A DNA stretch of 64,000 nucleotides from the human T2T-CHM13v2.0 reference genome, Homo sapiens (GCF_009914755.1 NC_060941.1); one strand, 5' to 3'; positions 29,646 through 47,039 are shown, numbered from the stretch's first letter. The notes: generated from the sequence alone by a model not told the origin. Numbers and translations: made by a program.

Positions 29646-30651
29646 GTTATTTGAACATATTTGATGAACTCGGGCTTTTGTTGTTATGTTATATGGTTTA
29701 TCTGTATAGTATGGAAAATTTTCCTGCTTTCTTAAGTTGTAAAGATGGTGGCTTCATACTGATTCATTCCCACATACACATCTGAATTCATTTGATGTAA
29801 CCAGACATAGTAGATTCAAATCAGAAAGAGGGGATTGCCAAAAATTGGGGGATAAATTTTGTTTTCTTTAGAACGGGGTTTTCAGATTTTCTTTTTAAGC
29901 TGCCGGAACTCTTTTTCAAATAAAATCTTATTTGGGGACTTCAATTTAGAAAACAGATTTAAAATCATATTTTATCACTTGCAATATTGTGACTTGTAAA
30001 GTTAATCAGTGAGAACACTGGAGCTTAGATGGCCATTACTATCTGATCTCATCCTCAGTGCTCCTAGTTGTGTTTTGATTGCCCAATATCAAGAAAATTT
30101 TAATTCCTAAAGATAAGTAGTAGTTGCTGGTGGTGGCACGGCTGCTGTTTATTAATAGCTCACCTTGTAACCCTCAGCATACTTTTCAGTTGAGCAGAAA
30201 TAGCAAGAAAAGATTTATTTCTAAGTTTGTATAGAAGTTAACCTGTCTTTATTATTTATTGCTGTATCTCCAGATTCTAACATACAGTCTGTAATATAAC
30301 AAGTACTAACTTAAATATTTATGGCATGAAGAAATGAATGAACCCCATAGCATTAGTATTCTACCATATACTGCATTTTAACATATTTATACATTTGAGT
30401 ATGAATTTGTATTTTAAATAGATAGGTACATGTGAAGTTTGGATATAATATTCATGGAATGCCTAAAGTCAGAAGTAGATTCAACTGGAGTCAGTTTGAA
30501 ACCCATTGCTTTAAAGAAATTCACATATATTTCATAAAGACGACAGACACAGTCTCAGCTAAGGAGACCTTCAAGATACACCCCTTTATCTTATGATATC
30601 TTCCTCTCTAAACTAGTCTTGAAAGTAATTGGTTTTGTGGGGGTTTTTAAA

Positions 30652-30940
<289 letters not shown>

Positions 30941-30978
30941 AACAGTTGGTCTCTAAATCAAACCTACAAGTATGCATT

Positions 30979-31258
30979 TGGCCAGGTGCAGTAGCTCACG
31001 CCTGTTATCCCAGCACTTTGGGAGGCCAAGGCAAGCAGATTGCTTGAACCCAGGAGTTCAAGACCAGCCTGGGCAACATGGCAAAACCTCATCCCTACAA
31101 AAAAAAAAAAAAACCCACAAAAATTAGCCAGGTGTGGTAGCACATGCCTGTAGTCCCAGCTACTCAGGAGACTGAGGTGGGAGGAGCCTCAGATCGATCA
31201 CGCCACTGCACTCCAGCCAGGGAGACAGAGTGAGACCCTGTCTAAAAAAATAAATAAA
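30979..31258 (+). mobile_element. AluJ with internal deletion
   Basis: Alu with a shortened right arm. Confidence 0.9.
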
Positions 31259-31454
31259 GTCGTTTACGTTCACCTAGTTTTTTTTGCTTCGATTATCAAC
31301 TGAAAACAGACATGTTTTTATTGATAAAGATGAGAAGAATATTTTTAAGAAAATGATGTAAGTTTGAGACTTTTTTCCTCTCTTAACCAAATAAAACCAG
31401 ATTGTATATTGACATAAATATACTATACCTATATCATTAAAAATGTTCCAGAGT

Positions 31455-31812
<358 letters not shown>

Positions 31813-31858
31813 TCATTTGTATTTGCTTGATAATGTTTTGATTGCCTTTTCTGTCTAG

Positions 31859-32068
31859 ATTTGTGATTTTGGATTGGCCAGAGTGGAAGAATTAGATGAA
31901 TCCCGTCATATGACTCAGGAAGTTGTTACTCAGTATTATCGGGCTCCAGAAATCCTGATGGGCAGCCGTCATTACAGCAATGCTATTGACATCTGGTCTG
32001 TGGGATGTATCTTTGCAGAACTACTAGGACGAAGAATATTGTTTCAGGCACAGAGTCCCATTCAGCAG
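31859..32068 (+). CDS. NLK: NLK coding exon (exon 6, 210 nt, phase 0->0), DFG and activation loop
   Basis: gtctag|ATT TGT GAT TTT GGA...CAG CAG|gtatga; ICDFGLARVEELDESRHMTQEVVTQYYRAPEILMGSRHYSNAIDIWSVGCIFAELLGRRILFQAQSPIQQ; the TQE motif is diagnostic of NLK/Nemo. Confidence 0.99.
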
Positions 32069-32254
32069 GTATGATTTCAATTTAAGGCTTTAGTTGCAAT
32101 TCTATTGCAGATTTGAAGGAAAATCCATCTTGCACATGTGTCTTGGGCTTATTCATTATACTGTCTAATTTGCTTTTAGGAAATTCAGGTTCACTTAAAA
32201 TTCAGAAAGTTATAAAGTTGAAGATTACAAAGAGATTCATTTTGTAACTTATGA

Positions 32255-32624
<370 letters not shown>

Positions 32625-33009
32625 TAGCTGTGAGCTCTGCTATGACAATTTGCACAGGTATAATCTTCAGTTGTTAGAAGGCCTCTCTTCCTTCTAAGTG
32701 AATGGCTCTGACTTGAAAATGTATTGGTGACTTAATGTACTTACACTTTGTGCTTAGAATATAAATTTTTAGTGTGTTGATTTCTTGAAATCTGAACATT
32801 TAGGAAAATTTCTAACCTTTATTATTGGACTAAAATATCTAAATATGGCAGAGAACATCAGGAGATGATTAAAATATAATTTCCTCAGAGAATCCTTTAG
32901 AAGCCATTCATGTTACTTGAATTGTCTTTAAAGCTAATTATTCACTAATACACATATTGACATAATTACTGGGTATTTTGTATTAATTTGCTTGCATGAA
33001 AATAATGTA

Positions 33010-33760
33010 GTAACTATGAGCTCAGGCTGTGAAATCAGATTGGTGGGTTCAAATCCTAGCTGCACCACTTATGTTAAATCTTGGGTAAGTTACTTAACCT
33101 CTGTGTTCCTTTTTTTTTGCTGCTTCTTCTTCTTTTTTTTTTTTTTTTTTGGCCCCTAAAACTGTTCTGAGGATTGTTGTACAATGAAGTAGGAAAGCTG
33201 AAAACGGGGCCTGGCACATAGTAAGCACTCTGTAAATGTTTGCAATTACGATGGTGGTAGTGTGCCAGGACTCTAGGGATACAGCAGTAAATAAGACAGC
33301 ATTGTTCTTAACCTTTGTGAAACTTTTACATGAGACAAAAATAAATATGCAAATAAATATGATTCCAAGTAATGGAAGTTCCATAAAGAAAAATGTAGCC
33401 AGGTTAGGGACAGACAATGGTGGCAGAGCAGAGCAGGCACTAAAGGATTCTCTGAGGATATAACATTTCACCCACATAAAATAAGGCAGTAAGATGCTGG
33501 AGAAATGTTCCAAGAAGAGGGACAACCACCATAACAAAGCCCCTGAGGCAGGAACAAGCATGGCATGTTGGAGGGAAGGTATGTGATGGAAGACGCTGTA
33601 GGAAATGAGGTCAGAAAGTGAGAAAGAACCTGGCCATGGTGACATGATAAAGCCTTAAGATTTTATTCTAAGTGTGATAGAAAACTTAAATGAAGGTTTT
33701 GACCAAAGGAATACTAAGATTTGATTGATGACATTTTAAAAGATCACACTGACTACTGTG
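33010..33760. mobile_element. MIR followed by L2
   Basis: gggttcaaatcctagctgcaccactt...cctggcacatagtaagcactc; gtgccaggactctagggatacagcagtaaataagacag. Confidence 0.7.
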
Positions 33761-35321
33761 TCTTTGTAAATAATTAATGCACTTGACCAGACAGAATTAT
33801 TTCTTTTATGCTTTTTCTACAAAGAATTTTTACCTAATATGTTAGAAACTATATCTGCTTTTATCAACATTTAAATTTTTCTATGCTATACGTTTTAACT
33901 GTCTTTTTTAAAGTTTACATCTTAAAAATTGATTCTGGTGTTAAAAAAATTATGTACATATAATACTTAATCTAATGTTGGGTACTTTTGACAATATTCA
34001 CTTTTCAATTTCTTCAGAAAGTAAAGTTTAACAGACTTAACCTGTAAGACTATCATATCTGGACATAAGCTGTCATAAAATGGATGTGACTACTACCTTG
34101 CATACAGAAAAGCTTAAGTAAAAAATAATAAGGAAGTATTCAAATCCTATATATGGAACAAGAATCTTGAATTGCTGCTGCAAAAAATATGTGAGGGAAA
34201 GTGTGAAGCAACTGGACTGGAGTTCAGATATCCCTTTGCTAGAGAAATACATAGATCTTCAGTTTGGCAGTCTGACATAGCCACTGCAGGAGAATTCATG
34301 TCTGTCTAATTGTTGGTGTGTGTTGGGGTGAGAAATGAAGATCTAAAATAGGAAAAGGCTCTAACTTCTAATGGAAGTCATTATTTCCTGTTGTATTTTC
34401 TCTGTATCTTTGAGATTTAATTACCCTGGTACTAGCAGACATCATAAAAGTGTTTCTCATGTATGGATCTGACCCATTTTAGACAACTTTCTGAATGTTT
34501 CAGTTTGTTTTTATAAGCTAGTCATTTCCTTCTGCCTTTAGTGTGGTTGTTAGAGATCCAAAAGTATCACCTACACACTTTTCCCAAAAAGCTTTGTATA
34601 GAGATCTTTATTTCTGTGGAAAGCAAGCTTCTCAAGTATCTCCATTAACCTGTAGGGTGTTGATGCTGATGGCTACCCCATGGTTTAGATAAGTGCAGAA
34701 AATAGTGCTTTATATTCGGCAAGCCCAGAACCAGGAAAAGAAGTGTTCTCTAGGTAAGAATTTCCCATCCTGGAAGGATCCAAATGAAATGTTATTGCTA
34801 ATTAGGTTATGAAGTTAGAACAATTGTGACACTACAGAAAATTGGTAAGATAGTTTGCTACCCAAAGACTTGTTTGCAAGAAGACTGTTTTATTGGTCTC
34901 TTTTATTGTGTCCAGCTAGCTAAATGTGGTCTTATGTGGTGTCATATTTTTCTAAGTGTCACAGTTTTCTGCCAGCGTAAGAGATTTCTAGCATGACTAG
35001 AATGTAAAGGATGTGTACTGGCCCAAGCATGGAGAGCTTAGCTTTCATTTCAGGTGTGAATATTTTCAGTATTTATTAAATCACAGGTGTCTGATTTGTG
35101 GATTAGCACCTTGGTGAGCCTGAATCCATTTGAAGCATCAGAATCCATTCATTAACTGTTTGGAAAGAATAGTCATTAGGCATCAACAGAAGAGGAGTTC
35201 AACTTTGCAAAGATCTTAGATGCTATGGTATCAAGAAAACAGGACAGACATGCAGACTCCCAAATTGCTATAGCCTTAGAATGTCATGCTTATCAAAACA
35301 TATTTTCTATATTTCTATCAT

Positions 35322-35527
35322 ATAAATAGGAACTTTTAAATAAATAAGTAGGAACTTTTAAATAATAGGATAAATAGGAACTAAATAATAGAATAAATAG
35401 GAATAGGATAAATAGAAATAGGATAAATAGGAATGGAATATATAGGATAATCCTATATATAATAAATAATATGTTAAATAGGAATAGGATAGATAGGAAC
35501 TTTTAAATAATAAATAGGAATAATAAC
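35322..35527 (+). repeat. Degenerate A/T-rich repeat (AAATAGGA-like units)
   Basis: Repeated ataaataggaacttttaaa / aataggat motifs. Confidence 0.85.
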
Positions 35528-35751
35528 AGGAATTTATTTAAATTCCTTTACATGAGGAATTTATTTAAATTCCTTTACATGAGGAATTTATTTAAATTCC
35601 TTTACATGAGGAATTTATTTAAATTCCTTTACATGAGGAATTTATTTAAATTCCTTTACATGAGGAATTTATTTATTTTAAATTCCTTTACATGAGGAAT
35701 TTATTTATTTTAAATTCCTTTACATGAGGAATTTATTTATTATAAATTCCT
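35528..35751 (+). repeat. Minisatellite with a palindromic 27-bp unit
   Basis: 5 x AGGAATTTATTTAAATTCCTTTACATG, 2 x 32-bp variant, 1 partial unit. Confidence 0.97.
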
Positions 35752-35927
35752 AGAAATCTTTTTTAATAGGCCAGAAAGTGAAAGTAGGGGCTCCTGTCAG
35801 TTAATCTAGAGCTTGTCTTAAGGTTTTTTCCCCCAGATTTGGTCCACTTCTCTAAGGCTATGATTTAAGAGTAATGAAAAGTTATTTCCATGAGATTACT
35901 ATCTATCTGTATTTTATTTCCTTGTAG

Positions 35928-36029
35928 TTGGATTTGATCACGGATCTGTTGGGCACACCATCACTGGAAGCAATGAGGACAGCTTGTGAAGGCGCTAAGG
36001 CACATATACTCAGGGGTCCTCATAAACAG
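35928..36029 (+). CDS. NLK: NLK coding exon (exon 7, 102 nt, phase 0->0)
   Basis: ttgtag|TTG GAT TTG ATC ACG...AAA CAG|gtgaga; LDLITDLLGTPSLEAMRTACEGAKAHILRGPHKQ. Confidence 0.97.
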
Positions 36030-38574
36030 GTGAGAGGAGGGGGGAATCTTTTTCTGGTAACCATCTGTTTGGGCAAGATTTCCCTTCCAATAGAGTAATC
36101 TATTAAGGATTTTTAAGCAAATGTATTATCTGTAGGATTTTTTTTTTTAACATCAAGGTCCTAAGTAAGAAAATGTTCAATATTTGTCAAACTGAATAAA
36201 ATCTCATTCCTAATGCCGTAGGAGAAAGTGCGTGTTTGTGTAGCTCCTTTGCTAATAGATGACCCTTGGCTTTGTGTCTCCTGATTTATTGGTGTCTATG
36301 GGAAAAATTACTGGAGATGGAGCTTTGACCTCAATGCCATAACCTACTACATGTATATCAAGATGTCCTTTCCAAATACTGAGCCAAAATACCTCGTATT
36401 TCTTATTCCAGCCAGGACTGTGAAGCTGTTGCTATTGCACTCTTGCCACTAACACAGAATCAGATGTGAACGTTGTTAGAAAAGAAGTATGAAGATAGAT
36501 TGCCAGATTTGCACTCATCAGTATTACTTGCAACTAGCCAAGTCACTGCTGAGAAAGACAAAATGGTTTTTTATCTCCACCTGTTGATTTAGCAACAGTT
36601 TTTACAAGCACTTCCTTATCTCCTTTGGACAGAACAGCTTAATGATGTGAAGAGTGAATAAGGGGAATACTTTTCCTAGGAGCAACAAATTAAAACAGAA
36701 CAGATAAGACTTGAACAGGATGACCCAGCAACAAATTTTCCTGAGTTTTGGTTTCTTTTGAATTGGACGTTTAGATTATCTGATTGATGGTACCAAATGA
36801 CAGAGTGAATTTGACACTCCTCCTCTCAAACTGTCAGCCAGACATTTGCAAAGGGAAGGTGGCAAAGGGAAGACCTCACCTTCCCTTTGCGGTTCTCTCT
36901 TTGTAATTCTAGTGTGACTCCAGAGCTTTTGTTGTCACAGGCATAAAGGGCAATGAGGTAAAGTGTGTTCTCTTCTAAAACCAGCCCAGGCTAGTAAATA
37001 GAGATGTATGCTTGTATGTTAAATAGCCCTCTGATGGTTACATGTTTCTGTTGCATTTGGTTTAGAACTGTAAAATAATATGAGGCCCTAACACCTTGAG
37101 AAGAGCACAGTAAGTCTTAACCTAGAGGAAAGTTCTATATTATAGAAGGAACTAACAAGATCTATTATGTTCCATTTATTGGCCAGCATCAGGAACATAA
37201 AACTAATTTACTAATGCCTCTTGGTAAATGTGTCCTTAGAAGTAGCAAAATAATTGTCCTCTTTCACTGACTTCATTAATTAGTAAATCTTGCCTGGTTC
37301 AAGGTAAACAATAATGAAGAGTGAAGAAGATCAGACACCCTTATGCTACCCTTCTGTCTCTAGAGGAGTTTTAACTGTTGTTAATGGTTGCTAGTTAATT
37401 AATCATCTGTGTCAAAGAGTTGCTAAACAGCAGCCTGAAGAACAAGGTTTCCTGAGGAGTTTCCTGTCTGCTGTCTAGATAGAACGGCTGGAAAATGTAA
37501 CCTACTGCACCAAAAGTCACTGTGCACTGCTCTGAGCATTCCTGGCAATTGAGTACTTTTTCTGTGAAAATTTTAAAAATCTGTTAGTTGTAAAAACCTA
37601 AGACTTTCCATGAAATAAAAAAAGGGTAAATATATTATTTTGTAAAGCAAAAGAAGAGGAAAGGAAAATCCAAAGTTCCACTATTATTTAACTAGTTAAA
37701 TAGGTTGAGATGTCTAAACAAATCATTTCTTATATATTTTGCTATTAATTGGCCTCTTAACAGTAATCCCTTTGCTTATCACTGAGTTTAGTGATGACCT
37801 TAAGGGAGCACTGTGGTAAAAGTTAGGGGCAGCCCTTTCCAGTCTTGGTGTCGGCATATTTTGATTTTGAAGAGAAGACTGGTGGAGTGAAAACTAGTTA
37901 GGAGGCCATTTCCGCTTAATGGCTAGATGCACTTTGCAGAGACTTTAAAGTCTTTAAACGGCTTTTATCCACTGCTTGAAGTGGTCTCCTTAGGCAGATG
38001 TTCATGGTCTTTTAGCACTAATCCAGCTAGATGTGTATAAAGTTATACCAACAATACATAATTGAATGTAAATAAACCTAGCATATTGCCTGCTTCCACT
38101 TTTCCTCCAGTATGGAAATTCAGTTTTTGATCTATGTTTGCTAGTTGATCTTTATCATCGCTACTCTCATGAGATGTCAACAGGTTCTTGAAGCTCTTTA
38201 CTTAAGCCACCAATCAGATTCTACCTTTTCACTTCCCACTCCCTGCCCACTCACCAACCACATGATGCATATCCTGTGTGCCTCTTGTTGGCCTATTAGC
38301 AGCTGCTTGAAGGTATTGCCATTCATGTTATAGCTATTTACAGCTGAGGTTGGAAGACACCTACACACGATTATATTTGGTATGTAGCCACCTGGATTTT
38401 TTTTTTTTTTTTTTACTTTAAAAGATTAATTTGGTCTTTGGAATATACAATATAGCTTATGTTTTGGTACATCATGACTTTTCTGCAAAATGTATAGGGT
38501 TTAGCTTAGTGCTCTGCACAGGTTATGTACTCAATTTATAACCTCTGGACTGTAGTGATTAAGAGTGTAGTGTC

Positions 38575-39170
<596 letters not shown>

Positions 39171-39227
39171 ATTAAAGTTATGACTCTAAAATAGCAGATA
39201 AAGCTTGTGACTTCTAAAAATTATACA

Positions 39228-39390
39228 TTGTGATCAAGTGGGGTTTATCCCAGTAATGCAAGGGTGGTTCACCTACAGAAAATCTATTAATATTTTATAA
39301 CAGAAAAATCTATTAATATTTTTAACACCTTAAGCAAGAAAAATCATGTTTATCTCAATTGATGCAGAAAAGGCATTTGATAAGCTTCAG
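39228..39390 (+). mobile_element. L1 ORF2 reverse-transcriptase fragment
   Basis: gatcaagtggggtttatcccagtaatgcaagggtggttc = DQVGFIPxMQGWF; gatgcagaaaaggcatttgataag = DAEKAFDK. Confidence 0.85.
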
Positions 39391-40287
39391 TTTTTTTTAT
39401 GCCTTAACATAAAGGATCTTTACGAAAATCCATAGAAAAATTTGGGGTGAATTTCTTTTAAGCTTACAAACAATACAGTGAACTGTATAACACTTTACAT
39501 GAAATAAAAATGTGTGCACACAGAAGGAGCCTCTGGCTTTTAGAAAAGACTCCTAGTAATCCTCAGTGATGCTGCTTAGGCCAATTGGGAGGTCTTCATT
39601 TGGGGGTCTAACTGGGGCAAGTTCAATCTCACTGTATTTATTTTAAATTACTTAATATAGGAATATTAGATTGATGGTGTTTAAACTCATGAAGAATACT
39701 TCTAAAAATTCAATACAAGTTTTTGAGTTTGGACTGAGAAAAACTAAGCTTCTTTCAAGTAGTTTTCATTTAAGTAATTACTCAAAGTTAGACATAAATT
39801 ATCATTTTTGTTCATAATTTCTAACAATAATTAGAACTTTGCTATGTGCTGAACACTTCTTATATACTAGCTCATTAAATTCTCACAATAACACTATAAT
39901 GTACCATTACTATTCCTTTTTACAGATGGGAAATGGAAGATTAACAGAAGTTAAATAACATGCCTAATGTCATAAGCCAGATGTTAAAATTAGGTTTCTT
40001 TAACTCTAAAATCTATGTTCTTAGCTAGTATACACTGCCTGGCACTTACATATTCACAGCAGACTTATTAAAATTTCATTTGTATATCTGCAGGTAATCT
40101 GTGAGAACATATAAAATAAAATTAAAATTTTACAGCAAGTTAGTTATCTGCAACTACCACCCCCAATCCTAGTCTTGTCTGGATTAACTTGAGAATATCT
40201 TTCCGGATATATATTCACATATTTATATTCATTTATTTACATATATTTGTATAAATAGAATATGAGACTTTTAAAAACATACAAATA

Positions 40288-40690
40288 CAATGGGCCCTTA
40301 AGCAATGCAGGGGCTGGGGTGCCAACTCCACCCCCCTAACCCCCTGCCTACAGTTGAAAATCCATGTATAAGTCGATTAACACATTTTGTATGTTTATAT
40401 GTATTATATACTGTATTCTTAAAGTAAGCCAGAGAAAATAAAATGTTATTAAGAAAAATTATAAGGAAGAGAAAATAGACTGTTTGTAAGTGGATCATCA
40501 TAAAGGTCTTCATCCTCATTGTCTTCATATTGAGTAGGCTGAGGAGGAAGAGAAAGGAGGGGTGGCAGAGGCGAAAGTGGTGGAGGAGGTGGAAGGAGAG
40601 GCAGGCACACTCAATATAATTTCTATTGAAAAAAATTCACATATAAGTGGACCCATGCAATTCAAACCTGTGTTGTTCAAGGGTCAACTG
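40288..40690. mobile_element. Tigger2-family non-autonomous element
   Basis: TA|caatgggcccttaagcaa ... gttgttcaagggtcaactg|TA: terminal inverted repeats with TA target duplication. Confidence 0.85.
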
Positions 40691-40794
40691 TATACATATA
40701 CAGAAGGAGAACCTATTTGACTGTCATCTTAAAGTCACAGATTAATGTGTCAAATTAATGTATTTGTGTTGGTTAATATAAATGCTTCTATGTG

Positions 40795-41820
40795 GCATGT
40801 TTAGTCAAGACTCTTTCCAGTGAAACTTAGTTTAAACTGGCTTAAGCGAAAAAGGGAACTCTTAAAGGCTCATAACTGAAAAATCTTGAGCTACAGCTGA
40901 CTTCAGGCCCTGTTGGAATTCAGGTTGTGAGATGATCTTCCATGCCAGGAATCTGACTCTCCTCTGCTCCGCTTTCCTGTGTTCTGCCTTCATTTTCAAA
41001 CAGGATTTCCCCAAGTGTTTGCAAAGATGGAGCCAGCAGTCCAGGCCTACATTCTATTACCATAACAATCCTTCTGGAAAGAGCTTCCTAAATAGCTCCA
41101 GAAAAAATCTTTGAAAGACTTTTTATTAGGAATGTGTTTGGCTATAAGTAGTAGAAAATTATAGTGGTTTAAGAAATAAGATACATGTTTTCCTCATATC
41201 AAGAGGTTTCCTCCATAGTCTGGAGCAGATAGAGTAGCTTACTTGTGTCAAGGATCCAGCTTTTTCATTTTCTGCCCTGCCATCTTTAGAATGTTGCCTG
41301 CATACTATATGGTAACTTGTCACCATATGACTGTAGCTTGTCCAGAAATCACATCGATATTCAAAGCAAGAAAATGGAGGAAAGAAGGTGCATTAGCAGT
41401 ATCTGTTCCCTTAATCGGGAAAGCAAAAGCTTTCCTAGAAGCCTGCTTAGCAAACTCCTGCTCATATGTCATCATCCAGAACTGTGTCATATGTGACCTC
41501 CTAGCTGCAAAACAGGCTAATAAAGTGAGTATTTAGCTTTTCTGTTCTATATAATAAAGTCAGATAAGGAAAAGAGGGTTGAGGGTATATATTGGGTTAG
41601 CCATCCCATTGTCTGTCCCTTGCCTATTTCAGACCATGTGTCCATCCTGGAGCTGGTCATGGTGCTCAGGAAGGGTATCATTTGATTGGCCAGGCCTGGG
41701 TCAGGTGCCCATCCTTAGGAGTTGGGAGATTGCAATCAAGCCTAATCAAACCACTTGGTTTGGGAGTGAAAGGGGGTGGTTCCCTAAAGGTCAGGGAATC
41801 CTGGGCAGAATAAAACACTG
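40795..41820. mobile_element. Old MaLR (MLT1-like) LTR fragments, probably nested
   Basis: aactggcttaagcgaaaaaggg...gctcataactgaaaa; tgattggccaggcctgggtca. Confidence 0.55.
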
Positions 41821-42649
41821 TGTGATGTTTCAAGTTTATTATCTCTTTTCTACAACTCAAAATCTTGAATGAAGGGAAGTATAGCTGCCACAGCCCACGT
41901 ATCTATTAAAGAAGATAGTTCTTCAACTGACCTGTTGATAGGATTGAAAAGTCTATTGTCAGCTCTTAGTCCTCTTGTTCTTCTCTTATAATTAGGTTTA
42001 GGTCTTCAGTTTTCCTCAGTTTGTTCCCACCTAATTGTGTCAGAAATAGATAACAATATTTTTGCGAAGTGAAGATAGTCCTGTCTCCTGACAGGAACCA
42101 TATCTTATATTTAACAGACTTTAAGGATCTTAGAGAGTTCATTCAGTTCAAACTTATTTTATAGGTGGGGATTTATGTCACCCCAGAGTGCTTACTATTG
42201 TGTACTCACTGTGCATGCTCACTTAATGTTACTGACTGATCATCACAGCTTCTTTACTGCCAGCTAAGGTCTAAAACTTACATGTAGTTGAATGAAAACT
42301 AATAGGAACGTCTGCTCGGGACACTTGCACGGTCTAGCTGACCCTGCTGTAGCAACCAGCATGCTGCAGTTAGCTTATGATGACTCTGGCATATCATTTA
42401 GGGCCACTCACCCAAGTCCAGAAGCTCATCTTTGCTTCATTTAATTAATCATAGTCATTAATAGAGAACTCTTTATACCCCTTCCTGTCCTCATGATTCA
42501 GCACTGGCACCCACTCACTCCCACATTGCTAAGTTACTTATAAACTTGCAGAACAAACAGAAAATGGAGCAGTTTATTTTAAAGGAGGAAATTTAACATG
42601 TGTGAATGTTAGGAGAATTGGCAAAAATATTTCCAAATGAGATGTTTAG

Positions 42650-43256
<607 letters not shown>

Positions 43257-44357
43257 CTAGGGCATATTTCTAAGCATTCTTGGTTTTTTTTTTTTTTTTT
43301 TTTTTTTTGCTTATTCAGATTGATTCTATTGCACTTAAGAGAAATGTAAACTTCTTGTTTGTTGCTGATATCGTGGTCCAAATGGTTTTAACCTAATGGC
43401 TGGTGAGTTAGTGGGAAGAAAGTGAACTTAGAAATGCAGTATCTGTAGCACTTCGTCTTTCCTGTGGAGCCAATGCTAGAAACTAAAATTTTAATCGTTG
43501 TCTTTCTGAAGAACCATTGGCATGAATAAACTGACACAGAAAAGGAGAAAGTATGTAATATGGCTGTTCTAGGCTGAAATGATACTTTTATTTTTATTGT
43601 ATTTGTTGAGGTGTCCTTCTATAAAGAAAGGTGAAATTTGGTGGAGGGAGAAAATTAAAATTTCAGGTAGCCTTAACATCACTCATTTTATTTTCTTCAG
43701 CCACTCATTCCATACCCAGTTGTCTTTAAAAATTCTGCCTTTTAATTTGTTCTCTGTCCTCATTCACTGGCATATAGAACTACTTATTTGCCTGTCTTCC
43801 TTGCCCACCAGAGAAGTCTTTTTCATCTTCATTACTTCAATAACTAACCCAGGCCCTGACATTGGGTGGTTGCTAAATGAGTAGCAATGATGTTAGGAGG
43901 CAGGGGTGTGTGTACTGGTGCAGTTTAACAGATGAGAAAGCCAAAGCTTGAGTGACTTACCTAAGTCTAGTAATGGCAAGGATAGGATTCAAACTCATGT
44001 CTTCTAGTACTTCTTCCAGTGTTCCCTTTGCTAAGCTATGACATATCTTCACCACAAAAATAGTTTGAGTAGTTTCACTTTGAGAGTGGAAGGGAAAGAA
44101 CTGTTTATGGTGAGGCAATTCAATTGTACGAATTGTCTGGAATTTGGCTGCCAACCTGCACAGGCTAGTAAAAAAGAAGACAGCTATTCACAGTAAAAAT
44201 TTTTCAGGAATATCAAATTACTTCACTTTACACAATAAAAAAAAATTCTTGTGTAAAACACATGTAAATTAAGTTATAAGTTAGAGCCTCTTCCCCATCA
44301 CTCTCCACCTCTCCTTATTTTGACTAATACAGATAATTTCAGAGCTTTATAGACTCA

Positions 44358-44997
<640 letters not shown>

Positions 44998-45048
44998 GAA
45001 AAGAAAAATACTTCTCTTTTTATTACCAAGGAATAGCGAGTTGGTCTA

Positions 45049-45477
<429 letters not shown>

Positions 45478-46485
45478 TCAGATGGTCCAACCCCCTCATT
45501 TTATACTTAAAGATACCAAGGTTAAGACATGTTGGATTTATCTAATTAGTGACAAGACAGAGCTAGAACCTCACCTAATCTTATCTCTATTACTCTTTGA
45601 TCCTGAAGAAAACTTATATATAATGAATAATTACCTCCTGATGATTCTGAGGTATCTTCTTGGTGTTGTTTTTGTTTGTTTGTTTGTTGTTTGTTTGGTT
45701 TTTTTGGATTTTCCTACATGGCTTTTGTTGGAAGGAAGATATATAAAATTCTTGATGTTAATAGTTGTCCTAGCAGGATTCTGAGGCTATGACCAAGGTC
45801 CAAGGAAACCTTTTAGTGTTCTGCTTCTCCTGTTTCTGGTGTTGTGGAGAGCTTGACCCACATGAGACCTGTTTATGTTGCTGTTCATGCTGCTGTTTCT
45901 GGCCTTCCAGTGCTGAAATGGCAGGAGCTTTCTGTGATATTTTGAATTTTCATCTACTGACAAACCAGAAAATACAAGGCAGACTACCCACAGGAAATTT
46001 ATTTAAGAGTTTGCAAGTAAAACTTCCTTCCAGTTTGCCTTGAAAGTAATGTAGTGTTGCTGAGATGGTCAAATTCTCCCAAACATAAGCCAGACTGCCT
46101 TCCCCCACCACCCCACCCCTGTTTGGAGCTCTGTTCTCTTGTTAGTAGACCATTAATGATGTAGTAACAAAATGTAAATGCCCTGACCCTAAAGTGGTAT
46201 GATGAAGCAGTGTCTGCAGAAGAGATCAGGACCAGATAAAGATACCACACGGTTCACAGATGGCTTTTTAAATTGTTTTTCAAATGAGAGAAACACATAT
46301 GTTTTTTAAACTCTCTTTTAAGTTTTTCCCACAAATATAATCATAGTGAAGCAGGCTGGGCATTATATAAAACAAGAAGCCCAGGAACTATGAAAGGCTG
46401 CTCTAGTCTGAGATTATATCCTAAAAATTCAAAGTTTTATAGGGAACCCCTGAAGAAACAGAGGATGTAAAAAGGATTTAGAGAA

Positions 46486-46600
46486 GCTGGGCACAGTGGC
46501 GTGTGCCTTTGGTCTCGACTACTCGGGAGGCTGAGGTGGGAGGATCGCTTGAGCCCTGCCTGGGCAACATAGCAAGACTCCATTTCTTTAAGAAAAAGAA
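46486..46600 (+). mobile_element. Internally deleted Alu monomer
   Basis: gctgggcacagtggcgtgtgcc...cctgggcaacatagcaagactcc. Confidence 0.8.
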
Positions 46601-46724
46601 GAAGCAGCAGCACTTAGAGCTAATGGGAAGAGATCAGATCCAGATAAAATACAGTTTATGGCACTTGAGCCTCTTCACTTTCCAAAGCATAGTGAAGGTC
46701 AGGGGTCATTACTCCTACAGTTAG

Positions 46725-47039
<315 letters not shown>

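Noticed and set aside
33094-33645. Longest ORF (183 aa, minus strand)
   Set aside because: It lies over L2 and MIR remnants and ends in a T-run; there is no recognisable domain.
35528-35751. CRISPR-like array of palindromic repeats
   Set aside because: The units are directly tandem with an invariant 7-nt linker. There are no unique spacers and no cas genes, and the context is a mammalian intron.
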